From contig CM039006.1 of NCBI GenBank assembly GCA_017499595.2, positions 310,001 to 374,000 of the forward strand: a DNA stretch of 64,000 nucleotides, in the 5' to 3' direction. Position 1 is the first letter of the stretch; every line of letters begins with the position of its first letter. Positions 36,657 through 50,124 of the stretch are shown here, piece by piece. The stretch is from Psilocybe cubensis. Lineage: Eukaryota. Made by a program: the position numbers and the translations under genes. The notes beneath the pieces are model-generated. The model was not told the origin of the DNA, made no database searches, and saw nothing but the letters and a program-made list of their open reading frames with translations.

Positions 36657-37611
36657 CATCAACCCCTGTCAGAAAGTCCCGTCCGCAGACTTGCCAGTTC
36701 GCCAAACCTTGGACCGCGAACCGTGAACCGCGAACCTTGGACCGCGAACATGGAATGGCGAACCGCGAACCGCGAACTTGTTTGTCAATCACTGCGGGCA
36801 TTGGCTTCAATAACCACATGATTAAATGTTGAAATGTAGTTCATTATTTTCAATAATTATTCAAAATGTATCGCGGCTCGTTAAAGTTTGAAAATATTCA
36901 ACATTTACTTAATTTTTTTTCAAAATGTATTCAGCATCCTAAACAAGAAATTTTGGTCCTGATTAAAGCTTGAATACATGTTGAGAGACCAACAACGTTG
37001 ATTATTTATATTTTTGGATATTTCTAGCCATCAACTGCGTATTATAGTAATCTAAATCTAGTATCCGCCACAATGAACCGCCTATCACTACCCGTCATAC
37101 ACCTCAACATGACTGGCCATGGGCTCAACGACCCGTCACGCCCCCCACCACCACCTTATAACACCAACTTCAACCACACACACCCACACATGTACATGCA
37201 TACGTACCGGCCAGGTCACAGTATATAATATGCTCCACAAATGAGCTTAACCCACCTTGTCTCGCTCATGATCACTAATTAGCACTAGTACTGGTAGAAA
37301 GGGCAGATTTGAAAGGGCTCTTTATATTACAAAAGAACATGTGTACGTTTCGGTCAAACATGTTTTTGGTAAAAAATAGTATACCAAGTATAGTAGATGT
37401 TAGTTCAAACAATATTCAACCTTTGTTCAGTTGTGTAAATTCAATATTTATCCCTCTGTACATGTTGAACAAAGGCTGAAAAATTTTTCTACAATTACTA
37501 GGGGTTATATCTTGAGTACATGTTGAAAAATAAAATTACTCAGAATATCATTTATTCAAAATATACTCAGTAGTTATTAAAGCCAATGCCCGCAGTGAAT
37601 GGTGCTTGATG
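36657..37611. mobile_element. Short non-autonomous element with CCGCGAA heptamer repeats (CATCAA...TTGATG ends), interrupted by the CACTG MITE
   Basis: 36680-36785 (GCAGACTTGCCAGTTCGCC...ACCGCGAACCGCGAAC.TGTTTG) matches the reverse complement of 39063-39130. Removing the MITE rejoins GAACTTGTTTGTCAAT|GGTGCTTGATG, which resembles the end of the second copy. Confidence 0.6.
36790..37597. mobile_element. Non-autonomous CACTA/CMC-like DNA transposon (MITE), 808 bp
   Basis: 25-bp terminal inverted repeats CACTGCGGGCATTGGCTTCAATAAC (36790-36814) and GTTATTAAAGCCAATGCCCGCAGTG (37573-37597), one mismatch; 3-bp target-site duplication AAT (36787-36789 and 37598-37600); AT-rich non-coding interior. 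Confidence 0.88.
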
Positions 37612-39046
37612 AACAATAATAACCAAACAAAACGCAAACATCCACCCAGGTCCATCCCGGCATCGCCACTGTTTGTTTCAGCAGCACGCATTGACACACG
37701 CATTGACACCATCTCCCTTTGTCAAGGAGCAATGCGCGCTAGGGTCAATGTGTGCTGCTGTGCGGCTTGCTTATGACACAATTTTCCGTTGAAAAAGCGA
37801 ACATTGAGAAATAGAGTTGTACTCACTAGTTTTGGGCCTTTCTTTATGTTGTAGTGCTTACATTCTGAGTGTGCGAACAGCCTATTGGATGACATTCTGA
37901 TAAAATTAGCACAGACCGTGGTAAATTTAAACTCGTGTCGTGGTAAAGCTGTGGTCAAGTCGTGGTTTCATCAAAACCAATGGTGTACGTGTTGGTATTA
38001 TCCTAGGGTGGTCTCTCTAAAGATGGTCTTCCGTAAAGCAGTTATTTCAACAGATGGTCAAGGGCGCAATTCTTCCAGATAATCTGAAATTTAACTGAGT
38101 TTATATCGGCCTATCACGGCAAAGCATATTTTGTCTTGCTGTGGGTGTTTCCGGCACCTTTACTTAGATTATTTTGATGCAGAAGGAGCCGAGATAAGTT
38201 GGAAACAAAAAAATCTGAGAAAAAATGACAAAAGTTGTTTGAAAGTGAACAGGACTTGGTATAGGTTCATATAAACCGGGTATTACTGTATCATTGATAA
38301 GAAAACCATTTGATACAGCAATGTATACCTAGGTCACAGTACGACCACACCAAAGTACGTTGTTCAACCAAGGGTGTATGTACTAATGACTAAGTACTTC
38401 ATTATGAAACCTGACATAAATGTACGTATCAAAGTTCTAGTCTTGCTATTTTTGTAGCGACCAAATCGTGAAGCCGGACACTTCGCATTTTCAACGGAAA
38501 ATCGTGTCATACTTGCTCAACATAACTGGGGTTAATTCAAGGTATATAAAGGTGCGATTTTGATTCTACGTTGTGCCCTTCAAAACATACCTCTTAATCT
38601 CTCAATGCCTGATCCCATCGTCACTCTCCAGACTCAAGGGACAGGGCCAAAATCATGAGTAAAATAGAAGTTAAGATGGTCATTGGTCGTCCCAGTTTGT
38701 GTTCTTCAATAAAATTGCTAGCACCACGAATTGAATACGGGTTACATCCAGAAATGCAGTTAGTTCTTCTAAAGTTAAACTGTTTCCAAGTATTGGAAAC
38801 TTAACCAGGAGGATAGCTAGGTCGAGGAGATCCATGAGCTTGTAGATTTATTTTGCTATTCATCTCACTACTTATACAATTTATTTAAGTGGTGTACACA
38901 GGTAATTTGCTGCTGGAATATGGCGTTGTCACGATAATACTGTATGTTGACCAGTGCCCACACCACAACGGTCCATTGTGACTACAGTGTGTTGACCACC
39001 GACGGTAGTGTTGACCGATGCTGAGTGGCTCCCCGGGTCCTATTTG

Positions 39047-39153
39047 CATCACAGGCCCTTGTGCAAACAGGTTCGCGGTTCGCGGTTCGCGGTTCGGCAA
39101 ACGGTTCGGCGAACCGACAAGTCTGCCGACGAGATGCCCTCACCCCTGTGATG
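39047..39153. mobile_element. About 107-bp mini-element with 9-bp TIRs (CATCACAGG/CCTGTGATG) and internal GGTTCGC heptamer repeats
   Basis: Inverted ends flanked by TTG on both sides (39044-39046 and 39154-39156). An alternative reading is CACAGG ends with an AT duplication. Inverted homolog of 36657-36789. Confidence 0.65.
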
Positions 39154-39549
39154 TTGAGACCTGGGGGGCCTGAGGCCTGAAGCTTGAAGTTCTGGTGCCG
39201 CACAGCACTTTGGGCTGAAAGTCGTTGATCTGACGCGGTTTAAAAGGGCATCAGACAACAATAAGCAGAGGGCTCCGGAGTCTGATTATGATGTGCATCA
39301 TTTCGCGAACTAAAGTGCTACTGAATTGTCTTTTTTGCACAGTGGTTATACGTCGATAGCTGGTCAATATTCAATTCTTGCCCAATATACATTGCTAAAC
39401 TTGTGACAACCTGAACCGAGGAATTCTACCTACTATAATTCCTGATGGATTCAATGTGAAGACGCATGATCCCGTAAACGCCTCCTCATGCAGTCAGATC
39501 CTTATAAACTTATGAAAGGCCTCGCCGTTGTGATGTAGAACCTCGATGT

Positions 39550-41044
39550 CTACGTGACGCCGACAACAACGTCAGCAAGATGTGACTGAGAATTAGAGTA
39601 ACGCCTGTCTCCTTCGTCTGCTGGAACGGAGGGATGTTGGAGATTTGGCGGGCGGTTGGCGGGTGGATGTGAAATAATCCTATGATTTGGATCTTCGTGG
39701 TCGTTGTTATTTCCCCGTTGGAGTGATTGAGGCAACTGGAGGTCATTAATTTCCGACGTTGTGTTACCAAACCGAGTGCCGGTATGTAATTGGTTTCTGC
39801 TGTACGCCAATGAACTCACTCGATTTCTCCACGCCCGATCCATAGTATGACCATAGCGTCTGAAGGTCATTAGACTTAGCCAGCCACTGATAAAACCAAG
39901 GGTTAATACCAGGGTAATCAGGATTCGTACAAGAAGAAGGGCGTGGGGAGAAAGGGGTGCCGGTGTTGAAGTGCCTGAGGTATCCGTTCGCCAGACAAAT
40001 GCCATGATGGCAACGATGTAGAAAATGGTTGACCTAGAACGAAGTTGCGTTAGTGTAATGTGCTCGCTTGATTTTAAGTCAAATTAATATACCAGGCGAG
40101 CCAAATCGCAGGCATGGCAAGAAGAACCCATATATTCCACCAGATATTAATTTTGAATTTTTGAGCCTCCTGTATATATGTAATAAATGATGTTTATTGG
40201 TAAGGACATGGAATTTGATTAAGGAAATGAATACTCGACATCGGCCCATTCAGCTGCCTTGTATGTTTTTCTCATGCTGCTATCAAATCTGATACTATAC
40301 AAGCACCCAAGAAGGAGACTTGTGATGGCACAGACCTGCGAGAAGAGAAGGGTGTACCGAATAAGAGGGTCCTTTGCCGCTGTATCGATTTGGAGAATCG
40401 TGAGGATGGCACTGTGTTGATAATAAATGGATCTCAATGCCAAATAGACTTTTTATGAAGTGCTGAACATGTACTGACGATAGAATAAGCGCCGAGACAA
40501 TGTTGTAGGTGTTCCAATCTCTTAGGAGACTGTCCACAAAGGAATTCCAAGTGTAGTCTAATTTTTCGAAGCGATGAGAAATGTTGAAAGCCTGAAATTG
40601 TGGAGCTTGCTGTAAGCCTTGATTGCCAAAGCTTGACTGAAGTGTCATTTGTTTGATTTCAGGAAGTGTCAGTGCGGATTCTTCAAAAATCGCCGCCACC
40701 CTGGAGAAATACACTGCGGGGAGACGCAGGAGCAGATATAAGTAGATCTTCCGCGGGATAAAGTCCAGTAACAGCTCAACTGCCATATCAATGGCAGCGC
40801 GAATCTTTAAGTTTCCTAGGGAGGGTCCATAGACGGATTCTGGCCGTCGTTCGGCGCTTAATGGGATTTGATGATTGCTGGAATCAGTATAGATATTTTG
40901 GCTTGCAAGGTTAGGGATGTAGGTTGGAGATACAGTAGCAGGGAAGGCTGAGAAGCTAGTTCGTAATGTTGCTGCATCTAGGCCCCGATTCGTCATTGGT
41001 CCATCAGGTATGTCTGTTTGAGTCCCAGAGTCGGCAGCGTCCAT
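39550..41044 (-). CDS. Hypothetical multi-pass membrane protein of a basidiomycete family
   Basis: Spliced reading MDAADSG...IPRKIYLYLLLRLPAVYFSRVAAIFEES...WNSFVDSLLRDWNTYNIVSALILS|AILTILQI..DPLIRYTLLFS..WNIWVLLAMPAIWLAW|STIFYIVAIMAFVWR..LMTFRRYG; several hydrophobic segments. Confidence 0.75.
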
Positions 41045-41332
41045 GATGGTGCGTTGAAAGGTTATGGTTGGGTTCAAGAAGGATTCCCCATATTCTCCAC
41101 AAGTTCTAAATACATGCGCATTCCGATTGTTCCGGACATATTTTCTAGAAGGACTGTCAAGATTTACGGGAACAAATTGAACCTTGAACGTGGTGGTAGG
41201 CCAGGGGTTCTGATCAAGGGGTATTATTGTGATCACGTGCTCAATGTTTAGGGCCGGGTTTTTGATGTTCGACGTGTCATCGTAGGTGGCGATAGGTCCA
41301 CGACGCGCTCGACATATTCTCTTACATATACC

Positions 41333-44300
41333 ATGAAGCTCAAGGAAATCCACAGAACATCGACATTTGCCTGGTCGCCGTCGGCGTCGCTTCCGTTGCT
41401 GGCCACTGGAACTGTAGCGGGCGCTCTTGATGAATCATTCAGCAACGAGAGCCAACTGGAAATATGGGCTCCGGATTTCCTGGACAGAGATGAGTTCGAT
41501 CTTGGGAGGGAAGGTGGTCATGGGCCAAAAGGTCGTGTCACAGACACAGCCAGGTTAGTACTACAGGTGTTGAACGCTAAACTTGCTCATTAATGGTGAT
41601 CGTGCAGATTCAATCGTCTAGCATGGGGACACGTTGACGCGGCTCGCCCTCAAGGTGTCATCGCTGCCGGCTTGGAGAACGGCGAGTTGGCTTTATGGGA
41701 TCCGGCAAAGATACTTTCAGGAGCAAGGTACGACATAGGTCGTATATTCCAACAGTGGTCTGACTGAAGATGTGCAGTGCTTCTGAATCTCTCATTCTGC
41801 GAAATACTACACATACAGGTCCTGTGCGCGGTCTCGATTTCAATCCACTGCAAACAAGCCTGCTCGCGTCAGGAGGCGTTAGTGGCGAGGTAATGAGCAC
41901 CCTATGATCTCATTAGGTCTACTGATATGTTGCTAGGTGTACATCTGGGATCTCAAAGACCCCAGCAAGCCGTACTCGCCTACTCCCGGGCAAAGGAGTA
42001 CGAAACTAGACGAGATCACCTCCGTGGCGTGGAATCAACAGGTCCAGTATGTGCTTGCTGGCGCAAGCAGCACAGGTTTCACTGTCGTGTGGGATCTACG
42101 AGGCAAACGTGAAGTGGTTGCGCTGACGTACGGCGGTGGTGCTGGCACCTTGGCTGGACAGTCTGGAACGGGAATGGGAATGGCTGTTGGAGGTAGACGG
42201 GGGATGAGCGACATTGCATGGCACCCCGATAACGTCAGTATAATCGCATCTTTATGCTTCTCATCCTCACTGTATACTGTAGGCTACAAGGCTTGTGACA
42301 GCGTCGGAGGATGATTCGTCTCCCATCCTCATGGTCTGGGACCTGCGTAATGCACGCGCTCCTGAGAAAGTAAGTGTACGTTTGTTGTTTCGGAAACAGG
42401 TTACTGATAGACATTTAGATTCTCACCGGGCACGAGAAAGGTGTCCTTTCTCTGTCATGGTGTAAACAAGATGCAGACTTGCTCTTGTCATGTGGTAAGG
42501 ATAACCGCGCTCTGTGCTGGAATCCTCAGACATATGAAGTTATCGGCGAGGTTTGTCTACGTTCGCCATAATCCCTCAATTTTTTCTAACCAATGCTTTC
42601 TAGCTTCCTTCTGCTGATAACTGGGCATTCCAAGTTGACTGGTGTCCTCGAAACCCCGATATGCTCGCGACTGCCTTCTTCGATGGCACCATCGGAATCC
42701 ACTCTATCCAATCCACAAATGAACCTTTGACCGACGCTCAAAAACCAACACCTAGGGCTGATGGTGCTGACATCTTTGACGCCCCCGGTTTCTCTCGGTC
42801 CGGTCAACAGGCCACACTATCACTCAAACAGCCACCCAAATGGCTTAGACGCCCAGTGTCAGCTTCGTTCGGGTTTGGCGGCAACCTCGTTACAGTGTCT
42901 AATTTGTCTTCGGCTCAGGGCAAGACTCAGAGCAGTGTCGTGCACATAAGAAAGGTTGTGACAGAGTCAGACCTTGTGGAAAGGGCGACCAAGTTGCAAG
43001 CGGCCATCGAAGGCGACAGTCTGCAGACATTTGCAGAAGAGAAAACCACGGCGACAGAGGAGACCACAACTGTCGGCAGCGAGGGATGGAAGGCTCTACT
43101 GAGCTTGTTTAAGGCTAACTCGAGGAACGAGCTGGTAACACTGCTCGGATTCTCCAAGGCTGAAATTGCCGCCCGCGTTGCAGAGGCTGTCGAAAATCTC
43201 AAGGCTGCTGCAGAGGCTGACGCCGCCAAATCTCCTTACGACGGCGACGCGACATCAACTCTCGCTGACAAGCCTCACGAATCTGTTGTCTCGTTTGCTG
43301 AGCCGGAAAGCGAGGAGGTGCCTTCGGATCGCAGCGAGGTGGGAGATGACTCAGAAGCTGCCACGCCATTCGGTGCGGACGAACAGACGCTCTCGGAGGC
43401 CAAAGATGAAGAGGAATCTGCCACAACGGCCCCGAGCCTCTTTGGTGATGACATCCCTGGAACACCCCAACACGACTTTTTCAACACCGTTGGCGTTGCA
43501 CAAGACAACGGCGAATCACATCCTGTTCTCGTCCCTCACACCAACTACGGTATTGATTCTTCAGTTGCTGCTACTACCGGATCTGGTCCTTCGTCGGTCA
43601 CCTCGGAAGTTCTTACCAAAGCCAGTGGTGCAAGTGGGTTCAGAATTTACCCCTCGGAGGAGTCCGACAACGACCGCCTCGTTACAAAGGCGCTTGTTCT
43701 AGGAGACTTTGAAAGCGCGGTTTCCCTCTGCCTATCTTCAGATCGCTATGCGGATGCCATCCTCCTTGCTGTGCGAGGCGGCCCTGAGCTTTTGCAGCGC
43801 ACTCAGAAAGCGTACTTTGAGCGCAGAACCACACAACAACCATATCTCCGTCTCTTGCAGTCCATCGTGTCGAACGACCTTAGCGACATCGTTCAGAACG
43901 CCGATTTACAGGAATGGAGAGAAATCTTCGTCGTCATCTGCACGTTCGCGGGTCAAGAGGAATTCCCCACTTTGGCTGAGCAGCTGGGTAGCAGGTTAGA
44001 GTATCAGTTCACAGTGTCGCAGGGATCAGATGATCCGGAGGTCGTGGAGGAGGCCTACGCGTTCAGGAAGAACGCCACGCTTACATATCTTGCGTCGGCT
44101 CGCCTGGAAAGGCTAATCAACATTTGGGCTGATGAATTGCTCCAAGAAGAAAAGGCGTTGGTTGCTGATGAGAGTAATGATACTGGCTCGTATTACTCGG
44201 CCCATGCCCACGCTTTGCAGACCTTCATCGAGAAAGTCACCGTATTCCGTGCCGCCACCAACTACAAAGATGAAGCATTGACGTCGTCCTCTGCTGAACC

Positions 44301-46193
44301 TGCTCAAGCTTACAAGCTCGCGTCGCTCTATGATCGTTACTTTGAATACGCCGAGCTGCTCAGCACACAGGGTCTGTTGAAAGAAGCGGTCAGCTTCTTG
44401 AAGCTGACACCTGCTGGGTACAAAGGTGCAACCCCTGGCGCAGATTTGGAGTCTGAGAGAAAGAGATTGGTAGCTGCTACCACTGCGGGTCCTGTGGCGA
44501 GTACCTCCACAGCTGTACCTGCTCCTGTTACGTCGACAGCAGCGCCGACTAGAGGACCATACGCGCCTTCGGTGGCTCAGACTCAAGCTCCATCTCAACC
44601 TTATGCTACACGATATGGCCCTACTGGAGGCGAACCCAAGCCGCCAGTTCCTCAGCAACAATCTGCCTATGCTCCCCCTACGCAGTCTGCATACGCTCCT
44701 CCTGCAGCTCAGCAGTCAGCTTATGCTCCGCCAGCCACACAGACTGGCTATGCACCTCCGGCAAACAACTACCAAAATCCTTACAACCGATCCACCTCAC
44801 TCACGCAACCCCCACACCTCCGCCAACCTCCTCCGCAGCCTGACTCGTTTGGACCACCGCCGCCTAGGGCCCAAAATGGTACGCCCTCCAATAGCAACAT
44901 TCCGCCAGCGCCTCCACCGAAACGCGATACCAGCATTGGTTGGAATGACCCTGTGAACGTCCCCTCCTCGCGTCCTCCAGCGGCACTCAACCTGAACAAG
45001 CCGGCTGCAATCACCTCGCCCTTCCCAAATGCTCCCGCAACGCCAGGATACTCTCCCCAGGGATCTCCTTATATTGGACATGGACAGGCATCCGCGACGC
45101 TCCCTCCCCCACCGCGTCCTGGAAGCGTGGGCCTGAACCGCGGTGGGTCTGTTCCTCCTCCGGCGGGCGGACCTCCTCCCCCAGGCGGCCCCGGCATTCG
45201 TGGGCCGCCTTCCGCAGGTGTGTACCCCGGCCCGCCTGGTCCCGGTGTTAGGCCGCCCTCGCGGTTGATGTCACCATCTCAAGGCCAGAATTTGCCGCCA
45301 CCACCGCAAAGGCAACCGACCCCTAGCCAGTACGCCCCCCCGCCGTCGAGGGGACCTGCTCCTGGACATACACCCCCACCACCGGGTCAGTACGGTCGTC
45401 CGCCTGCTCCAGGACAGGGGCTGCAGCAACAGCAGCATCAACAAGCTCCTCCCCCACCAGGGCCTTACGGACCAGGACCAGGCCATGTAGCTCAGCCTCC
45501 TCCTCCTGGGCCATATGGACCCCCGCCTCAGCAACACCCTGGGCCTTCACAGCAACAGCAACCCTCACCTCCTCAGCAAGCCGGTGGCCCACCCCCTCCT
45601 CCAGGAGGTCCTGGTGCACCACCTCGCACAGTCTCTAGAAGTGCTGCTCCTGCTCGCGCGGCACCTGCTGCTCCAAAATACCGTATGTTTTCTTTCAGAA
45701 GTTAGTAACTAAGATGAGACTGATGGTACTTCCAGCTGTTGGTGATAGAAGCCATATCCCTGAATACGCGCAGCCTGCTTTCGTCAGCATCTCTAACCAT
45801 CTTACGAGGATGAAGCAGACTGTTCCTGTAATTAACATATGTTATTTGAGCGATTTGACGGATATTAATATTTTTCTTCCTCTCACAGGCTAACCAAAAG
45901 CGACTTATTGACGACCTTGAAAGGAGGATCAACCCATTGTTCGACGCACTCAACTGCGAGACTATCTCAAGGCCTGTGGTCGACCAACTGATCGTCTTGA
46001 CAAGAGGTAGGGATGCTCGTATCTAACGTTTGCTCATCCCTCTAACACTTTCTTTTACTTTTTCGTAGCAATGGATGCCCGTGATCGTGCTGCAGCTCTG
46101 TCAATTCATGTCGAGCTGTTGACTCGTGGATCGCAAACGGATGACATCGGATTATGGATGTCAGGCATCAAGCAATTGATTATGAGTCTGTGA
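41333..46193 (+). CDS. SEC31: COPII outer coat protein Sec31
   Basis: [18 protein letters not shown]40 repeats ([46 protein letters not shown]); [17 protein letters not shown]; alpha-solenoid; Pro/Gln-rich region; C-terminal [28 protein letters not shown]. Confidence 0.95.
44650..44770 (+). repeat. Coding tandem repeat (QQSAYAPP-like, 4 units) in the Sec31 proline-rich region
   Basis: [36 protein letters not shown]. Confidence 0.7.
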
Positions 46194-46357
46194 ATAAGCA
46201 CCCAGTCGGTCTACTAGAAATACTCTCTTCTTAACGTACCAATAAAACATCGGATTTCTCTTTTGATTTTTAATTTGATTGCCTCGGCGAAGTCATACTA
46301 ACAGATATTTCATCCTTCTGATGCGACGAGGTACGTATTTTAGGTCGAATGATTTGC

Positions 46358-48344
46358 TTAAAGTGTCACTATTTCTTGCATCAAGTCATGGGGCCATACT
46401 GGTTGATCAACCCCGTTCCCCCTAGCTCCAACGTTATATCCAGGTTTCACGATGCCGTCTGGGAAATTCAAGATTGGTTTAACCGTTTTGACAGGAACGC
46501 CAATGGCTTTGTTGTCGCGAATCTCGAAGAATTCTGGATTCAGAATAGGTGATTGTTGAGCCATCAACGTACGGAGAATCGGAGGAAATGTGATGAACAT
46601 ATTGTCTGTATGCCGAAAAATCGGTCGTCCACCATTGGTCCATAATGCTTCCCACACATTAGTAGGATATGTTGAGCATTTGTTGATGAGCCATTGAGAA
46701 TAGTAATTCAATGCGATCTGTGCAAGAATAAATGACATCAGTTTTACATCTACGATTCAGAATGCTCCTAGTCACTTACGTCGACAACATATGATCCGCC
46801 TTTCTCCGACTGTTGGATAAGCGCCTGTAATACCCCCACGGCGCCAATTATGCCAGTGCTTCCAAAAAGTTATTACTCATAACATTGTGAAGATCCAAGT
46901 CGAACCTACCAGTAGTCAGTCGCTGGAAGTGGCGGTGTTACAGGCTCGTCGTTTCCCATTGCTCGTCCATACTCCATAGAAACCCCACAGCACTACACCG
47001 CTTCTTAGCGTCAGCGGACATTAGGAAAAGGGCTACTTACTGCATCACTAATCTGCTGCCATCCGGATCGATGGGACCAAGGACCATTCCACGCATAACA
47101 ATTCTCATGTACATAAATTATGCCACGTTCCTTTTCCTTGAAAAAACCCAGAATGTCATCTTTCCCAAATCCCCATTTCTCCATGATCCCTGGGCGATAC
47201 CCGTCAACTACAACATCACACTCTTCAATGAGGCTCCTCAGTCTGGCTCTATCTTCGGACTTGGTAAGATCTAGATGCGCGTTCCATTTCCCCCAACCTA
47301 AGTCGCAGAGGAGGACCGTCATATCGGTGATGTTTGGAGATGTGATGCGCATGACGCTAGCGCCTAGTTCTGCCAGCTCGCGCGTGATAGTTGGTGAGGC
47401 TATCACCCGCGTAAGATCGACGACCTTCAGTCCAAACAGAGGGCGTTTGCCACTGGTATATTGATCAACCGAGGTCCACCAGCCAGGTGCCTGTTTAGGG
47501 ATCGGCAAATGATGGATCTCATATAGCCCTACGTGAGCGTTTGCCTGTCCTTGCTCAGTCGCCTTGTATTCGTCAATGGAGTAGCAGATTGTGCCTGCTT
47601 GACGATAGTGATCATTCATCAGGCTGTCCAGATCTGTAGCGACAAGTTGGCCAATCTTTGCTTGGTAAACGGCGCAGGCGCCCGTATAATCCATAACTTT
47701 ATCATTTGGGTCAATCCCTAAAGCCATTTCAACGGGTGTGGCATTCATGCTTCCTAAAATCCATAAATGACCGAAATGAGTTGTAAACACCATCATAAAA
47801 TCAATTACCAACCATGTATATGATAAAAACGCTCATCCTTGGTTTTGTAGATATTAGTGGCAGCCTCTGTCAGTGGGCTCCCCAGCATCCCTTGAAATTT
47901 ATCACCGTTTGGAAAAAATTTAGTACAACCTGGATCGTTAAAGCGAAGCTTTCCTTCCAAAGGGTCTATTATCGTCAAAAGTATTGACATGATAAACAAT
48001 TGAGCGTGATCGCTGGAGAAAATGTAGTCAATCAGCTTGTGTGGGTGTGGTATATGTAAAGATAGGAAATTGATTGTGTACGTGTTAATTATGACTTTCT
48101 GGTATTCCAGTCCATACTTCTTCTTCAGAAGAACGTTGAGCATAGAAGCCTGGAACCCTTTGAGTGCAGAGATGCTTTCTGTCCAGCGCCAGTTAACTGG
48201 GATGCTAGGCATTCCACTACCGGTATATTCGACGCTCTTCGCAGCGTCTTCGATGTCCGAGGGTAGTGAAGTGTGAAGAGGATTCTTTAGGATTCCGTCG
48301 ACCAGCAGTTTTCGGCTTTCAGATATTACTGAATATGAATCCAT
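46358..48344 (-). CDS. CoA-transferase family III (CaiB/BaiF-like) protein
   Basis: GLKVVDLTRVIASPTITRELAELGASVMRI, WGKWNAHLDL, CDVVVDGYRPG, WSHRSGWQQISDA, PVTPPLPATDY, GGSYVVD. Confidence 0.88.
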
Positions 48345-48889
48345 GTCTTCTAATACAGCTTGAAGAGGATTACAGATGAGAGAAGAAAAGCAAAAAACAA
48401 CCTTTCATACAGCACGTAGGAACCTCAACTTACGTTAGGCAAAGATACGGAAGATTAATTCTCACCACGGTAATGAATCATATGACACAGGGTTGAGAGA
48501 AAATATGACCTGTTTGAATTGGGCATCGGTGGCAGATACTTCCCGACGACTGGCTTGGAATATTCAGGATCAGTTCAGGACCGTTCAATGTGCACTGATA
48601 ACCGTCGAACAAATATTTAGGGCTTTGAAACTTATTGTACGAGTGCTATAACTCTGAGCTTGACACAAAGTTCCTGAAGTACAACACAAGAGGGAAACAA
48701 GGACGTAATTCCTAAAGAATGAGATATATGGATTAAGTCAAGTCAATCAATTCTCAAAGTAAAAGTCCCTGCTTACAACCAACTCATCATGTGTGGAACG
48801 TTGTACTGCCAAATCGTACAATGGCGGCACCTTTGTGATCTGAGTTGAGTCCCAACCCCAAGATACGCGATATAGTAAATCAATATCAA

Positions 48890-50124
48890 CTATAGTTGCA
48901 TAGCGTTTGAGTTATTTGAACCGGGCTTGGACGGCGTCTTCCTTTCTCTTATCTTGCTTGCTCGCGCTGCTTGATCCCGCACCAATTCTCCTTCTTTTCT
49001 CCACTCCTTCCTTTCAAACGCGTCATATTCCTCCTTCGCATCGATCCATCGTTCCTGAATGTCGCGTATATTGCTTCCAGGACCTTGTAATGGAGCGACG
49101 GCGCTAGTGAATAGTGCGTAGGTGTTTGGGCGGGCAGCGGGTCCCAAATTGTGTTCTTCAATTGTACCAGGCGGTTGATTGGATTCAGCCGGTGGCACAA
49201 AGATGTAACCTGTTGCGCGGTCGATGACGCGGGTTAAGTTGAGCATGAGGTTTTTGTCCTACAATGCATTAGGTTTAGCCTTATAGCTATCCAAGGTAAA
49301 AACTTGCCTCAACAGCTAGAGTTTCAAATCCAACAAGCCCGTAATCTTCTATTAGAGATATCATGGCCATGTTTAACGCGCTAAAGCGTGGTGGAAGCGA
49401 CGCGGACAGCGTGTTTTCAAGGTAAGACAAGTCTTGCACCTCCGTGTAAAAGTCGAGATTGAAATCTGTGCCTAAATTTAATAGATAATAACGATTTTGA
49501 GAAGCTCTTGCTCACCCAAATCTCCGTATTGCGATAAAAGGTCGATTTTGGATAGAACATTGATATGAGGTAGTTCAAGCTGGAGCATCGCTCGCAGGGA
49601 CAGCAAGAGAACCGATATATATTTCGACGCATCCGTGATGTAATGAGCGTCACAAAGGTGGACAGCAGCCAGCTGACTTAGATAGCATTGGTTTGGGTTC
49701 TGAGACCTGGAGAAGTAGCAAAGAGACGCACCCGGAATGAGTTTTTTGTCAGTTTCTCGACTATATTTTTGACGCTTTCATGGTTCGTACTCAGCTCGAC
49801 TTGTCCTGGAAGGTCAAACAGAACATAAGCATCTTCTCCAAGTTCCTTCAGACGCTCTTCTAGCCAATCAAAGTTGGCTTCCAAATATTCCATACAATAC
49901 AACATTCCTCCATTAGGTCCTAGTCCATGTTCTTCCATCACATCTCCAAGCGTGATTAAGGAAGATATGTCGATCGCGCATGGGTAAGGAAGGGTGTCGT
50001 TGGCAGGATCCAGATTCACAATGGATATTGGTCGCTGTAACGCTGTGAAAAGTTGGTGTTTCCCATAACAATATGTCGACTTCCCGCTCCCCGGAGATCC
50101 ACAAACAATCTCTCCAAAAGGCAT
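48890..50124 (-). CDS. GPN2: GPN-loop GTPase 2
   Basis: [72 protein letters not shown]. Confidence 0.92.

Noticed and set aside
36700-39130. Short repeats as a CRISPR-like array
   Set aside because: These are heptamer tandem repeats without unique spacers, in a eukaryotic genome, with no cas genes.
41045-41353. 5' extension of the 40295-41353 ORF overlapping the SEC31 start
   Set aside because: Probably incidental read-through of the shared divergent promoter. The better start is MDAADSG at 41044, and I saw no evidence of coding character upstream.
42761-45712. Numerous antisense or alternate-frame ORFs within SEC31, and similar ones in TRL1 and the 29.4-kb gene
   Set aside because: Expected shadow ORFs of GC-rich coding sequence.
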